A DNA stretch of 64,000 nucleotides. It comes from Alloascoidea hylecoeti (lineage: Eukaryota). The stretch is from the NCBI GenBank assembly GCA_001600815.1, contig BCKZ01000002.1:1248294-1312293 (forward strand). The letters are read 5' to 3'. The notes under the pieces were generated by a model. That model saw nothing but the letters and a program-made list of their open reading frames with translations, was not told where the DNA came from and did no database searches. Numbering within the stretch: the first letter of the stretch is position 1; every line of letters begins with the position of its first letter. Below are positions 1 to 12,129 of this stretch, piece by piece. The position numbers and the translations under genes are program-made.

Positions 1-399
1 GTGACAACTACCATGTACCACCACCTATTGCAGAAGGTGCAGACACGTGCTACTATTATCCACAAACTCTATTTATCAACGATAGTTGTCAATGAAAGAT
101 GTCAACGATAGATTTCAACCTTAATATCCAATTGAAACTATTGAATAAGAATATGAGACATAGCTTGATATGTTGCTTATAGAAATTGTTATTACTATTA
201 TTCATATTAATATTGTATGTATATGTAGGTGTAGAAATACGAATGTCCACTGATTGTTATTATAAATCATCAATTGCAAGTGATTGTAATGAAGTTAAAA
301 ATCAGTTTAAATGAGCTATAGCCAGTGATCCTTTTTATACCTACTATATCCTAGCTACAGCTAGAGTCTGAAACTTTAACTAATACAGGTTGATTATAA

Positions 400-985
400 T
401 TATTGTGCAATATTCTACACAGTTCTGTTATCTTCCTTGTACTGAATGCCAAGAAGTTTTTTCTAAATGTGTAAGTGTAATATAAGAATTCCAATTGGTT
501 TGGTGTTATACTAGTAGGTTAGTAACAACGTTAATATATTCATGGTTTGCAAAATGTAACTACAAAATTTCAATCACCGCATGATAATAGTACCCGATTT
601 GTTCCCAATAGGATCAATGATTCAAGATTAATAAACGATGATTGGTTATTACTATTTACATAATAAAAACGAAATTCTTTTTTACCCTCAAGTATGTCTT
701 TAACCGCTATAAAATTTTTAACTGTTTTCCTAGCCGTGGCTGAAATATTATAACGATGGGCTAATATAACCTTTTAGTGAAATCCGCACGATAATTATAT
801 AAATTATATGGATTGGACTTTGATTATAACGTTAACGTTACGATTTATATTCTCAAGGTATACTAGGTTATCAATTGCAAAAGGAGTTACAAATGTGGTA
901 TTACAACTATGTATACCTGCACAACATCTGTTTATATAATCTTGATTTTGCAACATTAGGGCGACTGTCACAATTGTAGATCCAC
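400..985 (-). mobile_element. Highly decayed pogo/Fot1-type (DDE_1) transposase relic
   Basis: Frameshifted minus-strand fragments in the expected order: WIYNCD (cf. IYNxDE), SLKGYIS (cf. SxxGW), CSYILQTMNI (cf. SHxLQPLD), RKNFLAF (cf. KxDFL). Many stops; boundaries approximate. Confidence 0.4.
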
Positions 986-2019
986 TGATCGGCGGAGTCC
1001 ATCCTATAATTGCTATAATCATATCCAGATTCCGGGTCCTATTTGTAATATTATATGATAATTATTAATACAAATAGCTACTGTTCGGTCCAAACCACCT
1101 GATTCTAGCTATAACTAGACTTAACAGGAGAATTCCGATAAATTTATCTGAATCATAATTATAGTAGAAGATAACATCAGGTTTCAAGATCAGCTATTTC
1201 AATTATAATTGCGATACGGGCTGGTCAATTCCTAATAATGAACGTATAACTTATAAAATAATTAGTGTTATATGGTCGGATCATGGCCTAGACTCTTCTT
1301 TTCTAATTACAGACATGCGGCTGAAATCTTACGCTTTTTTACCTGTTCATGCAGCATTGCGCATATACTAAACGGCTGTAGAAGACAGATCTAGAAAGTG
1401 CATATCATGATGATTGAAAGTTGAAACACAATTTAGCATACACTTCTGAACGAAAGATAAGCAGACAAAGTTAGGAACAAAATATCTAGAGCGCTGTGTA
1501 ATTTTTTCCCCTTTCAATTAGCTAGAGATAATAAATAAGCTTATCGTGGGGTTTGTATTTATAATTATTCAAGGTATGGTAATTACTAATTATATTATGA
1601 AATGTTTAACATCCTAACATCCATATAATTTTACCAATGTAGATTTTTATCATCTACCTCAATTAAAAAATTTCCTGGAAATAAAATTATTCCAGGTCCA
1701 GCAAATTAAGTTCGGAGTTCCTTCTTTTGACCAATTGATTTTGCGATCGAGAAATTCCTGACATACTACCCAATCTAAAGTAAACTTTATAATTAATTAA
1801 TATATTACAATTAAATAATATAGTCTCTTAGTTACTATTAATGTTATATTGCTTGTCAAACTATTATCAGAGAGTGTACATATAGTTTCTAGATATTCTG
1901 AAATTCCATTGTTATAGCTAGCGCTTATATACCGTATAATATATCCTGTAGTACCTGTAGCACTCGTATCATGTCGTATTCTGGGAGGACGCAGTCAGAA
2001 ATATAATTTATAAGTCCAA

Positions 2020-2210
2020 ACTTCCTTTGATTGAAATTAATTGAAGAAATTTTTGAAAAAATCTTCTTAGGTAGCTATAGCATGAATGAAACTAAAATTA
2101 TGCTAGTAGAAATCCATTCCAATGACAAAATAAAGCGATTTAAGACTCTTCTTGTCGAGCTCCAAAGTCTATGTCAATGGCACTTGGACAGGCACATTAA
2201 TCATAAAGTT
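2020..2210 (+). mobile_element. Possible Mutator-like (MULE) transposase fragment
   Basis: KIKRFKTLLVELQSLCQWHLDRHINHKV resembles the CxWH signature at the end of the MULE domain; no termini found. Confidence 0.35.
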
Positions 2211-3422
2211 ATTGAATAATAATGATGTAATGCGAATGTGATTCTAGAGCTTGAGTAGTTTCATCTCTCGTCAATTGCAAGAGGTGATGACAATTGCAAG
2301 CATGATTTACTATGAGTGAGGTTACTTTAAATTTTATTTTAAATTTTCATGATCAGATAAATATAAAGCTTGGTTAGAAACAGATTGAACGATGAATTGA
2401 GTTATTCATAGGGTATTCCATAGACTGCTTTTATATAATATGTTGCTGTAACTGATATATTAATCAATTTCCACATCATTTAGTTCTTAATTATGACATC
2501 ATACATATGCATGTAATTTATATTTGAATATTATAAAAACAGCACTTCTTTTCTATTTTATTGCCTCTCATTGATCTATCTCATATATTAAATTATAAGA
2601 GCCTCTGTAATTAAATATTCACCAAAACTTAATTCTATGATCTGTGAGTTAGAACTTTAATTATTATTTCTACGTTAGATTTAGGGTAATTGCAAGGTAA
2701 GAATTAGAAATATTTTAATGGATAAAAGTCATTTGCACGCACTTTATATTATTGCTTTTCCTTATTATGTATTTCAAGCGACTGATCATGAAACTTATAT
2801 ATTAATTAAACAACTGGGAACCTAACTAATAGAGACCTATAACCTTAATAGATATTTATATCAACTACCTTTAGTTAAAATTATGTGTGCCATATTCAAG
2901 AAACATCATGATATTACAATACAATATGAAGAAAAGCATAATCATAAGTAAAGTCCAAATTTCTTCTCAAAATCTCCTTCTATTATTAAGACTGATCCTG
3001 GCCCACATTGGAAGACTGTTGAGCCTTCACTGTAGAGTCTCTTTTAATTGTTCTTTGGATTCTTTTTTCTAGCTCTATAAAGATCCTAGCTATAGTTCCA
3101 AGTCTTGCGTTCAGCAATAAATTATTTTATTTTGTTTAATCGTTATATTTACTATATTTTGCTATCTCTTTTTTTTATTTGCAAAAACTTTTGGTATATA
3201 CTATATATACAGCCAAAAAGTGGAAATAGTCAGAAAAAGCTTAGCGCCGTCCAAAATTGTTATATTTCAACCACGAATTGCAAAACTAGCAATAAATATA
3301 AATTATTCAGAATAGTAATATTAAATTCTACTTAATTCCACACTACTGATAATATATGTTCGGTGTTTTATTTTGTACATCTTGTTCTGGTGTGAGCGTT
3401 CTTTTATAACGAATTGAGCTCA

Positions 3423-4306
3423 CTAGCTTCAAGCTTCCGACACACATCTCTCTTTGGTGTCTCCAGATAATTGTGTGTAATTAGTGTCTTTCCCCTATTA
3501 GAAATCTGAATTTAACTTAGAATAGTTTTTAGAAGATCTTCGAGCACTGTGGTGGAATTACGAGATAATAAAGTTTTTTGCATCCCTTTAAAATATTTGT
3601 CCAAATGCGAAAATCATCGTTAAATATCTCATATGTTTTCAAATTTTCCAACCACGCCTCGTAAGTCCCTTTTACACACTTGATGGATTTCAATCATTCA
3701 GATAAATACTCATATAAAATGAGTTTCCTTAACTTTCTCGGTTACTTCTATCTCTTTTCCGCCTACCCAAACTGGTTCGGAGTTGAAAAGGGTGGATTCC
3801 AGTTGTTGCGAAGTCTGATCGAATATTTTTAGGGATTACTGTTTTAGCGCTTGCCTTCTGGCATATTGTAATAAAATCCGATTTTTTGAGGTCTGTGGTT
3901 ATGGGGGTTTGTTACTAGCTTCTTGTCATAGATACTATTCAACCTCCTCTAGGCGGAAAAGAGATAGAAGTAACCGAGAAAGTTAAGGAAACTCATTTTA
4001 TATGAGTATTTATCTGAATGATTGAAATCCATCAAGTGTGTGAAAGGGACTTACGAGGCGTGGTTGGAAAATTTGAAAACATATGAGATATTTAACGATG
4101 ATTTTCGCATTTGGACAAATATTTTAAAGGGATGCAAAAAACTTTATTATCTCGTAATTCCACCACAGTGCTCGAAGATCTTCTAAAAACTATTCTAAGT
4201 TAAATTCAGATTTCTAAGTTAAATTCAGATTTCTAAGAGGGGAAAGACACTAATTACACACAATTATCTGGAGACAGAGAGATGTGTGTCGGAAGCTTGA
4301 AGCTAG
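3423..4306. repeat. Long inverted repeat (foldback): arms 3423-3765 and 3950-4306, 184-bp spacer
   Basis: Arms are reverse complements with two substitutions seen, a 5-bp indel and a 19-bp tandem duplication (ttctaagttaaattcagat) in the right arm; 343 vs 357 bp. Confidence 0.97.
3786..3902 (-). mobile_element. pogo/Fot1 transposase fragment in the foldback spacer
   Basis: Translates ITTDLKKSDFITICQKASAKTVIPKNIRSDFATTGIHPF, matching the KxDF...NIxSxFxxTGIxPF block following the DDE_1 domain of Fot1/pogo transposases. Confidence 0.65.
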
Positions 4307-4707
4307 GACTTCAACTATAATTAATGTTATCAAAAATGCCAAACAATAGATAGAATTGGTAGTCACATCTATATTTGTATAGTTAGTACTTATAATATAA
4401 CTGTCACTGTTATTTTGGTAATTGTTAATTATATAGTCATGACATTAAGATTATTGACATTGAGGTTGGCCATATACCCCCAATATAACTAGATGTAGAT
4501 CACATCATTACCAAGCTTAAGTTTATATGGAGAGCCTGGTTATTAGTATTAATGACAAGTTCCGAGACACTAAGAGGCATAAATCAAAACACCAATATTA
4601 ATTATTTGACGTCTAAATACTATATAGTATAAACTTTACATATAAATATAGATCTAGGTCTGGCGAAGCTAATTATAATTTATCATAAACTGGTATGTTT
4701 ACAATCT

Positions 4708-4717
4708 ATCACGTGAT
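4708..4717. promoter_or_regulatory. Palindromic E-box ATCACGTGAT (Cbf1/Tye7-type bHLH site) upstream of MSS4
   Basis: 10-bp palindrome containing RTCACGTG about 240 bp upstream of the ATG. Confidence 0.45.
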
Positions 4718-4954
4718 GTGGCATGAATCCGACAAAGAGCAGCACAAAACATTTTCTTTGAAAACTACAGTTTCTTTCGGTTGTTCAGCAACACGACAAA
4801 ATTTAAACCAACGTATTTCACGGCCTCAGATTTAGGCCTGTAACAACCGGACGTTCGGATTAATCTCTTAAATATTGGAATTTTTGTCTTGTTTTCCTTT
4901 GAAGTCGCTCATTATTTTCCCTTCTCGTAAGATAACCGCTCTTTGTCACATAAA

Positions 4955-7429
4955 ATGCTCATGAATGGCTCCGATTCCATCCCACACACACAAGAAAAAA
5001 AGATTGGCACCTACTATAGCTTTTCTGCGACCAGCTATAAATCCACAAACACAAATTTCCCTTTCAAGGTTGAAAATGATATGGACCCCTTAGATACCAG
5101 TCAACCTCCAGAATCTCAAATGCAATCAGCACATCTTCTTCGACATATAAAATTACTATCTCCTACAATCCGTGATACTGCAAATGAATCTCAAAACAAT
5201 TCAATCGTTACTCCCGACTCCACAGATGGTGCTATAATCACAAAACAAATAGTAGCTTATCAGGTCGTAGATTATGATGAGGAAGCAGACCGATCTTCCA
5301 ACTCTTCGCGGAATTCCGGTCTTAGTGTCACTCCTAGGGTTATTACTTCCAGCACTTCTGCTGGTGATGATACTTCTTATCAGACGACTGTCCAAGGAAC
5401 ACCTAGAATCTCGTCAAATGGGAAATTTTCCACTACACCTACGATTAAGACCACTGATAAATTCAAAAACAAAGAAAATAAACATGATAACAATCTTAGT
5501 GATATCAAAACTGCAGAAGACAATAGTACATGTACAGCTAAAAGCACTGCATACCTTAACTGCATTTCAGAACAATCCCTACACTCAAATAAGCAAGGCA
5601 GTACACAAGAATACGATGATATTCTTCAATTACCATCCGAAAATAATTCCGATATTGCATCTAGTCAACTCAAAACCTCCAATTTTTTAAACCATATTGA
5701 TTTATTCCCCAAAACTACTGATATCAATAAAAAGAATGGTAAAAAACACATGAACAGTGTAAACTACAATGATAATATTACTGCTACTAACAATGAAAAA
5801 TTAAAAATTACTAAACCTACCGACAAAAGACATCTTCCAAAAAGAAGAAATACATCGCCATTAATGAGATATTCCATGGACGAGTTTGATCGACCAAATA
5901 ATGCCGGAGCTTATTCGACCAACTTTAGTGCAGCTCACCATAGTTATAGTGCAGGTGATCCTCAAACGTTACATTCTGAAAAATTCAATCGATTCTTATC
6001 ACGGCATAGTACAACTTCAATGATTCATACTAAACAAAATGTAAGAACAACTATGGAATTGGATTTATCATCCGAAGAAATTCAACGAATGAGAAAAACG
6101 ATTGTAGCCAGAAGGGAAAATAAAAAACGTCGTAAAGAGTTTTTTGAGGATGAAAATGTTTTGGTTGGAAATAAAGTGACGGAAGGTCATGTTAATTATA
6201 TTACTGCATACAATATGTTAACGGGGCTTAGGGTGTCTGTTTCTAGGTGTAATGCCAAGATAGATCGTGACCTTACAGATGAAGATTTTAAAGAGCGTCA
6301 CAAATTGGCATTTGATATTTCTGGAAATGAAATATTACCTTCTGCTAAATATGATTTCAAATTTAAGGATTATTCACCATGGGTTTTCAGGCATTTAAGA
6401 GCATTATTCAACTTGGATCCAGCAGATTATTTAATGTCGTTAACTTCAAAATATATTGTTTCGGAATTGGGATCTCCCGGTAAAAGTGGTAGTTTCTTTT
6501 ATTTCTCCAGAGATTATCGCTTTATTATAAAGACAGTTCATCATTCAGAACATAAACTACTTCGACATATTTTAAAAGATTATTATGAGCATGTTAAGGC
6601 CAATCCGAATACTTTAATATCTCAATTCTATGGATTGCATCGAGTGAAATTACCATTTGGAAGAAAAATTCACTTTATCGTTATGAATAATCTATTTCCT
6701 CCTCATCGTGATATTCATCGTACTTATGATTTGAAGGGATCACTTATGGGTCGAGAAACAGATGAAGAAAAGGCAAAGGCAGCTGGTAAAAAATCGATTG
6801 TTTTGAAAGATCTGAATTGGGTGGCAAAGAAGGAAAAGATTAAATTAGGTCCTACTAAATTAGAAATGTTCTTGCAACAATTAAGAAAAGATGTTGAATT
6901 TTTGAAGAAACAGCATATTATGGATTACTCTTTATTACTGGGAATACATGATATGAAGCTTGGAAATAAAGAGAACATTCGACGTCAAACTCTTAGCGTT
7001 TTTCAGCCAGAAGCATCAAGAATTGAACCAGGCGTAATCCCAGAAGAAGGTCTTGATAATTGTAATGATTTTGAGATTGAATCAAGAAAACCGGCTGATA
7101 TAAGAAAAGTTATAAATAAAACTGCCTTGCGATCTGGTGATGCTTTGAATGCTTTGGAAACAGCAGATTTTAAAGGTAGAGCTCAATTTTTGTTCTATAG
7201 CGATGATGGAGGATTTAGAGCTACTGGTGATGATGATCAGCCGCTGAATGAAATATACTACCTTGGCATTATTGATTGCTTAACTTCATATTCAACAATT
7301 AAGAAACTGGAAACGGTATGGAGAAGTCTTAGACATAAAAGAGAAGAAATTTCTGCTATACCTCCATCAGAATATGGGGATAGATTTTTATTGTTTCTTA
7401 GCAAGGCACTTAAAATGAAAAATCAATAA
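4955..7429 (+). CDS. MSS4: Phosphatidylinositol-4-phosphate 5-kinase
   Basis: DFKFKDYSPWVF, GSPGKSGSFFYFSRD, YDLKGS, IMDYSLLLG, YYLGIID; first ATG at 4955 (ORF track starts at TTG). Confidence 0.95.
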   Translation: MLMNGSDSIPHTQEKKIGTYYSFSATSYKSTNTNFPFKVENDMDPLDTSQPPESQMQSAHLLRHIKLLSPTIRDTANESQNNSIVTPDSTDGAIITKQIVAYQVVDYDEEADRSSNSSRNSGLSVTPRVITSSTSAGDDTSYQTTVQGTPRISSNGKFSTTPTIKTTDKFKNKENKHDNNLSDIKTAEDNSTCTAKSTAYLNCISEQSLHSNKQGSTQEYDDILQLPSENNSDIASSQLKTSNFLNHIDLFPKTTDINKKNGKKHMNSVNYNDNITATNNEKLKITKPTDKRHLPKRRNTSPLMRYSMDEFDRPNNAGAYSTNFSAAHHSYSAGDPQTLHSEKFNRFLSRHSTTSMIHTKQNVRTTMELDLSSEEIQRMRKTIVARRENKKRRKEFFEDENVLVGNKVTEGHVNYITAYNMLTGLRVSVSRCNAKIDRDLTDEDFKERHKLAFDISGNEILPSAKYDFKFKDYSPWVFRHLRALFNLDPADYLMSLTSKYIVSELGSPGKSGSFFYFSRDYRFIIKTVHHSEHKLLRHILKDYYEHVKANPNTLISQFYGLHRVKLPFGRKIHFIVMNNLFPPHRDIHRTYDLKGSLMGRETDEEKAKAAGKKSIVLKDLNWVAKKEKIKLGPTKLEMFLQQLRKDVEFLKKQHIMDYSLLLGIHDMKLGNKENIRRQTLSVFQPEASRIEPGVIPEEGLDNCNDFEIESRKPADIRKVINKTALRSGDALNALETADFKGRAQFLFYSDDGGFRATGDDDQPLNEIYYLGIIDCLTSYSTIKKLETVWRSLRHKREEISAIPPSEYGDRFLLFLSKALKMKNQ

Positions 7430-7806
7430 ACACTTGCAATTGTTATTTTTTATATCCATAAATGCACATATGATATTTGGCTTTTTACTACCTTTATATA
7501 GAAACGAATTACGAATCGTTGATGGTGCTACAACTGAAATAAGCTTGGCGGGACATTGAAGGATACCACTATATCTTTTTTATTTGATTTGGAAATCGTT
7601 TCTGTTTAGTTTATTCATATGTTTATTATATAACTGCATTATTATTAATTATATCCTATTTAATATGTACTATAAGTTTGAATGGCGTGATGAACATGTT
7701 CTGAAAATTACACGTAGGTAAAATAGGGTACGATTGAAAACACGATTTTCTCACCTGACCTGTAATCACGATTTTTTTTCAACACAAAACCAAGAACTCA
7801 CAAAAA

Positions 7807-8233
7807 GTATGTTTTCTTTGTCAGCAGCAAGTCTGTTTAAAATTGTCTATGTTTGTAGCCTGTCGAATCGCCAAAACTCTCTTCACCACACCCAGTTGCC
7901 CAAAACGTTCCGTGCACTCCATGCCTACGAGGACTCTAACAATGTAGCCAATATGGCTCTGTGGCTCAGGAGGACATCCACAACCCGTGACAATCCTTAG
8001 AAGCAAATGGGGCTAATGCTGTCAACAAGCCTGTCCCATATTAATATTGCTCTGACGGGATCTATTGTCCAACTACTTTTTTCCGGTGAGCGTCATCCAG
8101 GGGGATTGGCGATTGGCCAGAGTTTAGGGCGTGGGATACAATTGTAGAGTCCCTCTCCTTCACTCATACAAGACTCCTTTGCGTATCATAGTGACCATTT
8201 ATGCCCTACTAACTTTGCCTTTTACTTTTTTAG
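7807..8233 (+). other. 427-nt 5'-UTR intron of the CBF1-like gene
   Basis: GTATGT at 7807, TACTAAC at about 8207, pyrimidine tract and TAG ending 8233, one base before the ATG. Confidence 0.7.
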
Positions 8234-8234
8234 A

Positions 8235-9176
8235 ATGCAAGTTAACTCCAAACGTAAAACAGATGATCAGGACATTACAGACATGAAGCGATACAAGCTG
8301 GAAGATGATCCAGAAATCGTTTCTCAGGATGAAATGGAAGCTGCGGCTGTCGCTCTACATTATGAGCTCACTCGAGAGAATAATAAAGACAGTAATGGTC
8401 AAAATCAAGACAATCAAGGTGGTAGCAACCGTAACAATGATAATAATGGTGATGAAAGTGGTGATTTGGCTTCTATAGATAATGCTCTATTACAAAGACA
8501 CCAACAACAAATATTTGAAACAGATTCCTCTTCGCAACATGGAAAGAGCCAAGGATCTGGATCCATCCCTGGTGGAGCCAAATCAGATAATCAAAACCAA
8601 AATGACTTGGAGGGTTCTGATGATCAGAGACAATCCCAATTAAGAAACTTAGACTTTTTGAACTCATCTTCGATTCCCTTACACTTAAGAACCATTCCAG
8701 GTCCTACTGCACAACATTCAGTACAGGCTCAACAGGCCCTTGCTGTTGTGAATCATCAAAATGGAAACTCAGGTTTAGGGACATTCCATACCGGGGACGA
8801 TCATTCTCAATCCAAACCAGCCATTGGAACAGAGGAATGGCATCGAATCCGTCGTGACAATCATAAAGAAGTTGAACGCCGTAGACGTGAAAATATTAAT
8901 ACCGGTATCAATGAACTAGCTAAAATTGTCCCCGGGTGTGAAAAGAATAAATCTCAGATATTACGCAGGGCCGTTGAGTATATTAAGCAATTAAAAGAAA
9001 ATGAAAACTCGAATATGGAGAAATGGACTCTTGAAAAATTACTTACTGAGCAAACAGTTAATGAATTGTCTTCATCTAATGAGAAATTGAAAACCGAACT
9101 AGAAATAGCCTATAGGGAGATCGAGAATTGGAAGAAGATTGCTTCTTCTCGTACGAAAGAAGAGTCAAAGAATTAA
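8235..9176 (+). CDS. CBF1: bHLH-zipper transcription factor, Cbf1 family
   Basis: RRDNHKEVERRRRENINTGINEL, NKSQILRRAVEYIKQLKE, EKWTLEKLLTEQ. Confidence 0.9.
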   Translation: MQVNSKRKTDDQDITDMKRYKLEDDPEIVSQDEMEAAAVALHYELTRENNKDSNGQNQDNQGGSNRNNDNNGDESGDLASIDNALLQRHQQQIFETDSSSQHGKSQGSGSIPGGAKSDNQNQNDLEGSDDQRQSQLRNLDFLNSSSIPLHLRTIPGPTAQHSVQAQQALAVVNHQNGNSGLGTFHTGDDHSQSKPAIGTEEWHRIRRDNHKEVERRRRENINTGINELAKIVPGCEKNKSQILRRAVEYIKQLKENENSNMEKWTLEKLLTEQTVNELSSSNEKLKTELEIAYREIENWKKIASSRTKEESKN

Positions 9177-10663
9177 AACTCATTTTCAAATTAATTTGTT
9201 ATTTATGAATTCGATGCCTTCTATACAAAGCTACTCTCTTTTTTCAATGATTTACCTCAGTCTTTGTCTAGCGGTTTTGATCCACCTAACGCGTTTTTTT
9301 TTTGTTTTTAAAATTATATATATGGTTGTTGTCTTTATAAGCGAAGAGTTTTTATTTCAACTACACGAGAGATTATGAGTTAAGTGTAATTTTACAGTCA
9401 GGTATATGGGTTTATTTTCTATTTTTATGATAGATTAGTGAAACTTCTGAATAGTTATGAACTTCTGAATACATTTATATGTATCTGTTAAATTGATCTT
9501 AATTATATATAGATACATGCTGTTGATTTTTGCTTAAATAGTTAAAATTTTGATTTGCCATTTATCTTCCTTCCGTCATCTTTATATAATTGAAATGATT
9601 TTAGTGATGCGGCCACATTTTCCAATGAGGGGTGTTGAAAGTTTCTTGATTTTCCTACAAGTTGCTCATTTTGAGGGTGCCCGTGGGTTACTATATAGAT
9701 AATGGAAAATTTTAATAATCTATAAATATAACACACTTTAAGTTTACCCTTTCACTTTTTAACCCTCTTATTATAATATTTTGTGGGGTCCAAAGCTTGC
9801 TTGCTGGATTGAGACTTGAGGGTTCCCTTCCCGATGGCATAGCGGTACATGTACTTCCTATGAGTTATATTATATTGACGCTGATCCCGATTTACCATCA
9901 GTCGGCCAATTCGAGACAAAAATATTATATAAGACTTACGTAAAATTAACACCTTAAATTATTTTATGATTATATTTCATTCTGTACATTACCCGATATC
10001 CGAGTGCTTGTTTAAGAATCTTAGATTTGTAAAGAGCAGCTCTAATTCGTAGTGCTAGGTACTGTAAAACTTATAAAACACTTTAACGTCTGAAAATCCG
10101 CCTGTTAATATCAAGCTTAGGGGATATACCGGGATAATTCAACTGTTCCAAATCATAAACTTTATTTCCTAGGTACGTGTGTCGATTTACCATAGTAATT
10201 ATTAGCTAGTATTTGGTACCTGGAGATATATTGAATGATAGGGGTTTTAAATAACAAAGCGCCTTCTGGCATTGTTTTCCTTCTGAAACTTATTTCACAA
10301 TTGTGTACCTGGCCGACTGGAACAAACCAACAATTGATTTCCTAATTGTAATTATAACTTATCAAGTACAAGAGCAGTCCCGCTGTTATATTTTAACTAT
10401 GAAGAGATAAACAATTTCTTACTTAGTCATAAACTCTTCATATTAAATCCAAGCTATTTAATCAATTTAGATAACGTAGGATAATTAATAGACTCTTAAA
10501 TTAAACAAAAATATGTGCTATAGCTACTACCACAACCTAAAAATAAAAATTCCTTGCGTAAACTCGATTCTGTAGAGAACTCACAATAGGGTATTCACTA
10601 AAGATAAGAACAAAAAAACGTCAAACCAGGCTAATTCTAGCAAAAATTGAAGACAAAAAGAAA

Positions 10664-11791
10664 TCATATTTCAACTTCAACCTGCAAAATACCTTCTTCA
10701 CCTTGCCCAAGACTCCCCATTAAATCAATACTGGGATTTCCTTTAATCTGAGTCCAGTTGGAGATGTCAGATTTACTTGGGTCTTCACTAGGTGTTTTCC
10801 CATTAAAAACAGCAATAGAACTTGACCCGGCATATAGAACATTATCTTCTAGGCCAGTTCTATTACAAGAAACAAAAACTGTGCGCTTTTTGTTATTATT
10901 TGGATAATGAGTATAGTTCACAAATGGTAGGTTCCGTAGTAACCAATAATCCACTGTTCTTTCATCAGGGACATGGGGATCATAAGGAGCAGGGCAATTT
11001 CTATCCTTTAAGTTAGGGTAACTGTCTTTGGGTTCAAAATTATTAGGATTCATATCAAATATAGCTTGATATTGTAACAATTCCTGTTGTTTTTGTTTCG
11101 ATGATTTCTTGTTCAACATATTTTCATTTTCTTCTAACACATTAGGACTAAAAGTTGACAACCAAGCCATAGGACAAATTAAAACTTGAGCATTATTTGT
11201 TTTTGCATTATTTGCAAATTCAAATGCTTCGAATGGTGATTCTGTGAATTTGTATGGGTTTAAATCCATACATATTCCAATCGATATAGTAATTGATTTT
11301 GATAACCCAGTTTCTGGATCATAAATCTTTATTCCATCAAAGGCAGTAAACCCTTCGGGAGATTCAGAACATCCCCAAGTTTCATCCGCTGTGTATAAAT
11401 GGGTTTTACGATAATTAAATAAAACTGTACCTGTTGGAGATACCACAGATGCAGAATTGTAGATAGAAAAATCAGAAGTGTTTGAACCACGAGGAGAGTA
11501 CTTCTCAGGATATCCAATAATTGTATAGCATCCCAATTTTTTTGAAACTGTTTGTGCCCATTTTGTAGATATTCCAGAAGTTTTCTTTTCCAAATAAGGC
11601 ACAATATCTTGCCGTGAATGATAATTATAGCCTGTGAAAGCTAGTTCAGGCAATACTAATATATGAGGCGGATCTCTTCTAACGCTAGAGCTATTCCAGT
11701 ATCTTTCAATGAGAGAAGTAGCTTTTGAAATATTCTCCTCGATCTTACGAATTTGAGGGTTGAGTTGAAGGCACGCAATTCTTATTTTCAT
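10664..11791 (-). CDS. NTA1: Protein N-terminal amidase (nitrilase fold)
   Basis: LVLPELAFTGY, YRKTHLY, GICMDLNPYKF (E-K-C triad), CNRTGLE..YAGSS. Confidence 0.9.
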   Translation of the reverse strand: MKIRIACLQLNPQIRKIEENISKATSLIERYWNSSSVRRDPPHILVLPELAFTGYNYHSRQDIVPYLEKKTSGISTKWAQTVSKKLGCYTIIGYPEKYSPRGSNTSDFSIYNSASVVSPTGTVLFNYRKTHLYTADETWGCSESPEGFTAFDGIKIYDPETGLSKSITISIGICMDLNPYKFTESPFEAFEFANNAKTNNAQVLICPMAWLSTFSPNVLEENENMLNKKSSKQKQQELLQYQAIFDMNPNNFEPKDSYPNLKDRNCPAPYDPHVPDERTVDYWLLRNLPFVNYTHYPNNNKKRTVFVSCNRTGLEDNVLYAGSSSIAVFNGKTPSEDPSKSDISNWTQIKGNPSIDLMGSLGQGEEGILQVEVEI

Positions 11792-11932
11792 AGTGTCTTA
11801 TTGATATAATTAGAGTCAAGTATCGATATCGATGGAGAAAAATCAGTTTTTCAAGCCTGTCTTGGATTGTTGTCTGGTTAATTAGGAAGCCCTCGATGCC
11901 AGTCTCAGACGACTTCTTCATGGATATTTACA

Positions 11933-11940
11933 CACGTGAT
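11933..11940 (-). promoter_or_regulatory. ATCACGTG E-box in the divergent NTA1/UTR4 promoter
   Basis: Matches the RTCACGTG Cbf1 consensus; UTR4 is a methionine-salvage gene. Confidence 0.4.
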
Positions 11941-12073
11941 ACTGCTGTATACCCGATTAGGGTTGCCAGTTATCCGGTAAAGAATTTAACCAATTATAAT
12001 AATAATTATATATAAGGCCCTTTAGTAGGCATTCTACATTTCTAAATGTTTGTGTCAAGTTGCAATTGGGCGT

Positions 12074-12129
12074 GTAAGTTATACGTATGCGTAGCAGGCT
12101 GACTAACGTCTGGTTCCATATACTGTCAG
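12074..12129 (+). other. 56-nt spliceosomal intron in the presumed UTR4 leader
   Basis: GTAAGT at 12074, GACTAAC at 12101, CAG ending 12129; TATATAA about 65 bp upstream. Confidence 0.6.

Noticed and set aside
7995..8020. AAATGGGGCT resembling RNase MRP/P CR-V
   Set aside because: No matching CR-I/P4 partner found upstream.
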